A stretch of 32,000 nt of DNA from Candidatus Kuenenia stuttgartensis (lineage in GTDB: Bacteria; Planctomycetota; Brocadiia; Brocadiales; Brocadiaceae): assembly GCF_900232105.1 (NCBI RefSeq), contig NZ_LT934425.1, positions 1,800,001 through 1,832,000 of the forward strand. Direction: 5' to 3'. A model generated the notes under the pieces. That model was given only the letters and a program-made list of their open reading frames with translations, did no database searches and was not told where the DNA came from. A program made the translations under genes and the position numbers. Shown in pieces: positions 27,879 to 32,000 of this stretch (the stretch's first letter is position 1; every line of letters begins with the position of its first letter).

Positions 27879-28127
27879 GTAACTGTTCAGCGTAAACGAT
27901 ACACGGCTCGTTCCCAAACCTTGTAATGAACATAGTGTAGTATCTGTTTGGGAATGCGTTTGTTCGAGAAACTCCGGTTTCTCGCCTGTTTGCTGATAGA
28001 TAGGGAATAAAATCACAGGGTTAAGACAGTTTGCAATTTGTCAAGTCTGACCCTCATTGGAAACAAAGTTTCCAGTGCAATTGCGTTCTGATCTCCGGTA
28101 GTTTAATAAATTACGCTGAATAGTTAC
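27879..28127. repeat. Inverted copies of a short dispersed motif GTAACTRTTCAGCGTAA
   Basis: gtaactgttcagcgtaaac (27879-27897) and ttacgctgaatagttac (28111-28127). A direct copy gtaactattcagcgtaaac lies at 10102-10120. Confidence 0.65.
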
Positions 28128-28335
28128 GGGCTTTATGCAAAAGCAGCTTCGAAATTCAGGGATTATAACCAGAATGATGGCGAAGCGGGTGTATTGCTTT
28201 TGTTATGCTTTCTCGAAGCACATCTGCAAGCACCAGAAATTTCGACTAAACTGGAAATAAAACTTTCATCAAACGATTATGCCAAAGGTTCAGATGCGAT
28301 TCGCTTGCCGGTTGAATGTCCTAAAAAAATCTATC

Positions 28336-28714
28336 GCTTTAAAACCGTAATTTCACTGGACGGATCAGAAAATCAGGGTGCATTTTTTTATTTGCGTCCT
28401 CGGATACCTAATGGCGGCGATTGTGTGGCATCAGGCAAAAGTGCACGCGCAATTTAATGGAACGTTAGATACCCTGTTAGACACCCTTAATAATATAAGG
28501 CTTTCTGTGATACTTGAAGAAACAAAGGCCAGAGGGAGAGTTAAGGCTAACTAAAAATTGTAAGAGTTGATGAATACGTTAGGTATTATGGATTTCCACA
28601 AACATCGACTGAAACTTCAAGGACTCAGTGTATACAATTGATATTGTGCTTAACGCATTGATTGTATTTATGTTACATTGCTACTTCTCTTCTTTTGAGA
28701 TAAACTCACGCTAG
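28336..28714 (+). mobile_element. 5'-truncated, decayed remnant of the same IS as 1152-3163 (transposase 3' part plus one terminus)
   Basis: Near-identical to the reverse complement of about 1152-1550: gctttaaaaccgtaatttcactggacggatcagaaaatcagggtgca...ggaacgttagataccctgttagacacccttaataatataaggctttctg...caaggactcagtgtatacaattgat...gataaactcacgctag. Contains a stop (KP*FHWTD) and a small internal deletion. Confidence 0.92.
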
Positions 28715-28733
28715 ACAACTCAATTTATCCAGG

Positions 28734-28970
28734 TCAGCCTGAAAAATAAACCAGCAGCGAGTCACGAGTTTTCAGTTGGTAATTGATCTCTATGTCAGCA
28801 AAGAGACCAATTAAAAACACGATGACGGCAGCGAACAGTCCGTCCGTCACTGTCTCAGGAATATTAAAGTCGCGTAAAATAGTGAATTTTCGATTGATGT
28901 GTACGCCAACAAAGAAAACTACAATGCCCATCGTATGAGCGATAAAATCAGGAACCTCAATAGATATCAT
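28734..28970 (-). pseudogene. gltS: Truncated sodium/glutamate symporter (GltS-like) N-terminus
   Basis: MISIEVPDFIAHTMGIVVFFVGVHINRKFTILRDFNIPETVTDGLFAAVIVFLIGLFADIEINYQLKTRDSLLVYF, then a premature stop. Downstream frame reads ADLDKL and ends at the IS remnant edge at 28714. Confidence 0.7.
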
Positions 28971-30448
28971 TCCGTTTTCCCATTGATGGGTTGCTCAGGA
29001 GTCCAGCCTCCCCCCAACGATTTATATAAGCGAACCAGATTGGACATAATCGCTCCCTGGCTGGCAGCTTGTCGATTCTGGGTGCTCAGCAGGGTTCGTT
29101 GCGTATCGAGAACCGTTAGAAAATTGCTTGCTCCCGCTTCATAGCGCGTCTGGGCAATATTTGCTGCTCGTTCAGCTGCTGCAGCCGACTCCACTAGCGA
29201 GCGATAACGAAGTTGCTCCTGGGTAAACGCGGTAATCGCATTTTCTACTTCTTCCAGCGCATTGAGAATACTGGCTTCGTATTGTACCATCGCCTGTTCT
29301 TGCAGTGCATTTTGCACTGCAATTTTTTGCCGGGTACGACCGCCATCAAAAATATTCCATTGCACACTCGGGCCAATACCCCAGGTTCTGCTATCACTTG
29401 CAATGAGGTTTGACGGAGATAAAGACTCGAGGCCGATCGTGCCAGCTAAGGTGAATTTCGGATAAAGCACGGCTGTGGCAACGCCAATCCGTGCCGTTTC
29501 TGCGGCAAGCTGACGCTCGGCACGGCGCACATCAGGCCGTCTGCGCAATGTTTCAGCCGGCACACCAACTGCAATTTGTACGCTGGGCGTGGACATCAGC
29601 CGCAACCCGTCTAACTCTTTATCAACTGTGCCGGGGGTCTGACCAATCAATACGGCGAGACGATTTTTGGCTTGAGTAATAGCCTGGTTTAGACGGGGTA
29701 GTTCGGAGCGTGTAGTTTCTGCATTTGATACCGCACGCTCAAGATCAAGCTCCAACACCGCACCAGCATCGAATTGTGCCTGTACAATTTCTAACGTATC
29801 AAGTTGTACCAATAAGTTTTGCTTGGCAACAGCGTACTGGGCCTGAAAAGTGCGCAACTCAATATAGTTAACAGCCACTTCTGCTAACACCGAAACCAGC
29901 ACATCACGTCGCGCTTCCTGGGCCGCTTGAAAGTCAGCTTCGGCGGCCTCAAGAGCACGGTGCCGGCCACCAAAAATGTCCAGCTCCCAAGCGGCATCAA
30001 AGGAGGAAGAATAAAGTTCAGAGGTTGAACCCGCGCCGGTGTTCTCACTGCTTCCAGTACGAATCGCAAAGCCTTCGGCATCTATCGTTGGAAAGCGAGT
30101 GCTGCCAATGATGCCCCTTTGGGCTCTGGCTTGGCACAATTGTGCTTCCGCTGTTCTGAGATCAAGGTTGGCAGCTATTGCCCTTTCCACAAAACCACTA
30201 AGTACAGGGTCCCCCAGGGATTTCCACCATTGCGAGAGTGTCTCCGGATCGAGTTGTTGCTGGGTCAAACCGCCTTCAAGTTGACCGACCCACGCTTCAG
30301 GTGATGCTCTATCAGGTTTTTTATAATCGGGGCCTACCGTGGTGCAACTGGCCAGCAAAGTAAATAATAATAGCCCTGCAAATCGGCACCTGGGTCTGCA
30401 CTTGGGTCGACACCTAAATCGATTGTTATTCATAAGGTAATCAATCAT
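28967..30448 (-). CDS. RND efflux system outer membrane lipoprotein, NodT/OprM family
   Basis: Lipobox FTLLASCTTVGPDYKKP; LIDQTPGTVDKELDG; PAETLRRRPDVRRAERQLAAETARIGVATAVLYPKFTLAGTIG; IFDGGRTRQKIAVQNA; YEAGASNFLTVLDTQRTLLSTQNR. I prefer the start MIDYLMNNN at 30446-30448 over the tracked ORF start. Confidence 0.92.
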   Translation of the reverse strand: MIDYLMNNNRFRCRPKCRPRCRFAGLLLFTLLASCTTVGPDYKKPDRASPEAWVGQLEGGLTQQQLDPETLSQWWKSLGDPVLSGFVERAIAANLDLRTAEAQLCQARAQRGIIGSTRFPTIDAEGFAIRTGSSENTGAGSTSELYSSSFDAAWELDIFGGRHRALEAAEADFQAAQEARRDVLVSVLAEVAVNYIELRTFQAQYAVAKQNLLVQLDTLEIVQAQFDAGAVLELDLERAVSNAETTRSELPRLNQAITQAKNRLAVLIGQTPGTVDKELDGLRLMSTPSVQIAVGVPAETLRRRPDVRRAERQLAAETARIGVATAVLYPKFTLAGTIGLESLSPSNLIASDSRTWGIGPSVQWNIFDGGRTRQKIAVQNALQEQAMVQYEASILNALEEVENAITAFTQEQLRYRSLVESAAAAERAANIAQTRYEAGASNFLTVLDTQRTLLSTQNRQAASQGAIMSNLVRLYKSLGGGWTPEQPINGKTE

Positions 30449-32000
30449 ATCGCGTGTTCCGTTGCGGTGGCCGGTGCTGCGTCCTTGTAACGAAACATTA
30501 AGCTGTATAAAACAGGCACGAAACCCAGGGTCAGAATAGTACCCATTCCAAGACCGCACATAATGACAATGGCCATGCCATACCAGAACTCGCCACCAAA
30601 TAATGCCAACGGTAATAGTCCCGCAATAGTGGTAATGGTGGTCATGATGATGGGCCGTGCACGGGCTAGTGCCGCTATGGTTACGGCTGCATCAACCACC
30701 AAACCCTCGTCTCGTGCCTGATCAATTCGATCGATCATGACAATACCATTGTTAACAATAATTCCCGCCAAGCTAAACAGGCCCAACATAGCGGTAAAGT
30801 CGAAGAAGGCGCTAAATATCATCAAACCAAAATTGGCACCGATAATAACCAGGGGTATGGTGAGCAGGATAATGGCAGAGCGGCGGAAAGAGTTAAATTG
30901 CAACACCAGCAACAGCATAATCAGGAAGAGGGCATGGGGAGCGTAGCCAAATAGCTTACTGTTAGATTCCTGAGCGCCTTTGATTTCACCTTCCAGCTCT
31001 AACGTATAACCGCTTGGCACCTCGATGGCATTCAATCCTTCTTGCATCGCGGCGTAGAGTTCGATCGCCGTTAAACGCGGGTGTTTGCCAGCGATAGTGA
31101 GGGCGCGTTGCTGGTTATAGCGGCGAATCCGGCTGGCCTCGACGACGCCTTTGAAGTCCGCTATTTGTAATAGCGGTACAGGAACACCAGCGTCAGATAA
31201 TATCTCGACGGTTCTCAAGCGATCCAGATTACCGCGATCATCTGACTGCGCACGAATAGTTACCGGTATGACTTTGTCGTCCTCACGATAACTGGTGATC
31301 TGATAGCCATCAAAGGAGGCGGATAAAGTGCGCGCGATCGCTTCGCTTGTTACGCCGGCACGCCTGGCCCGTTCCTGGTCAATATCTACCACCAATTTAA
31401 ACACCGGGTTTTCCCAGTCACTGCGGATTGTTTGAGCACCGGGCACACTGTAAAAGGCGTCTTTCACCTGCGCTCCCAGCGCTCGCAACACATCCGCATT
31501 GGGGCCCCGCACACGTATTTCGACGGAGCCAAGCGCTCCGTGACCGAGAAACAGGATATCCGCTCTGCCATTGGCCTGCGGCAAATCTTGCTTAATAAAC
31601 TCCTCAACACGCTGCATAACCCTGGCTATTTGATCACTGGTTTGAGTGTTAACCACAAGAAAGGCCTTGTTGGGTTGCGCATCATTGGGGCTTAAAGCCA
31701 GAAAAAATCGGGGTCCACCGGAACCCACATAAGTCAAAATACCGGTGACTTCCGGGTTCTTTCCCTTATCGTTCAAATAGGCCGCTAATTTGTGGCTGGC
31801 AATCAGTGTTTCACTGATATCGGCTTCGGCGGGCAAATCAATATAGACAGTAAACTGGTTACGCTCTGACGGCCCCAGCGATCGCTGTTTAACAAACTTA
31901 AAAACCTGACTCGAAGCAAACAGGCAAATAATCATCAAAACAATGAACGCAACCCGCCATTTAAGTAGGATGCCAAGTAGCTGGCGATAGAACTTGTAAA
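30445..32000 (-). CDS. Partial RND efflux transporter permease, AcrB/MexB/HAE1-like, 5' end off window
   Basis: Translation continues past the tracked start to the window edge (YKFYRQLLGILLKWRVAFIVLMIICLFASSQVF). LTIPLVIIGANFGLMIFSAFFDFTAMLGLFSLAGIIVNNGIVMIDRIDQAR; LARARPIIMTTITTIAGLLPLALFGG. Confidence 0.93.
   Translation of the reverse strand, partial: YKFYRQLLGILLKWRVAFIVLMIICLFASSQVFKFVKQRSLGPSERNQFTVYIDLPAEADISETLIASHKLAAYLNDKGKNPEVTGILTYVGSGGPRFFLALSPNDAQPNKAFLVVNTQTSDQIARVMQRVEEFIKQDLPQANGRADILFLGHGALGSVEIRVRGPNADVLRALGAQVKDAFYSVPGAQTIRSDWENPVFKLVVDIDQERARRAGVTSEAIARTLSASFDGYQITSYREDDKVIPVTIRAQSDDRGNLDRLRTVEILSDAGVPVPLLQIADFKGVVEASRIRRYNQQRALTIAGKHPRLTAIELYAAMQEGLNAIEVPSGYTLELEGEIKGAQESNSKLFGYAPHALFLIMLLLVLQFNSFRRSAIILLTIPLVIIGANFGLMIFSAFFDFTAMLGLFSLAGIIVNNGIVMIDRIDQARDEGLVVDAAVTIAALARARPIIMTTITTIAGLLPLALFGGEFWYGMAIVIMCGLGMGTILTLGFVPVLYSLMFRYKDAAPATATEHAI

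Noticed and set aside
28194-28457. Novel 87-aa protein
   Set aside because: Artefact of out-of-frame reading through an IS remnant fused to unrelated DNA.
1-32000. rRNA/tRNA genes
   Set aside because: No recognisable rRNA segment or tRNA-like sequence seen by eye. A tRNAscan-SE/Infernal run would be needed to exclude them.

Overview
The window looks like chromosome from an anammox-type planctomycete. That is an inference from an ECF sigma + Ser/Thr kinase-TPR pair, an SBBP-repeat secreted protein, a di-haem peroxidase, futalosine-pathway mqnE, and many short dispersed hairpin repeats. Supported contents, left to right: a 5'-truncated large protein (possible SF1/AAA helicase-type N-terminus) on the minus strand; a complete IS1634-family-like element (1152-3163) with 27 bp inverted ends; two tandem secreted paralogs; a small YxxG-like secreted protein; an ECF sigma factor and a 1220-aa Ser/Thr kinase-TPR protein; an HDOD-GGDEF protein; a cytochrome c peroxidase; an MBL-fold hydrolase; an OYE-family FAD/FMN/Fe-S oxidoreductase; mqnE; a 1576-aa SBBP-repeat protein; a second IS1634-like element with newly located imperfect ends; a frame-disrupted class II-like cytochrome c missed by the ATG-only ORF track; a hypothetical protein; a truncated and mutated remnant of the first IS; and a probably foreign, ATGA-coupled gltS(fragment)-NodT-RND efflux operon running off the right edge. 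I did not find a convincing new multi-gene system. The most notable signals are inverted-repeat-bounded MITE-like elements, an intergenic repeat family apparently translated in frame inside the SBBP gene, IS copies sitting exactly at the borders of GC-rich apparently foreign DNA, and the hidden cytochrome pseudogene.
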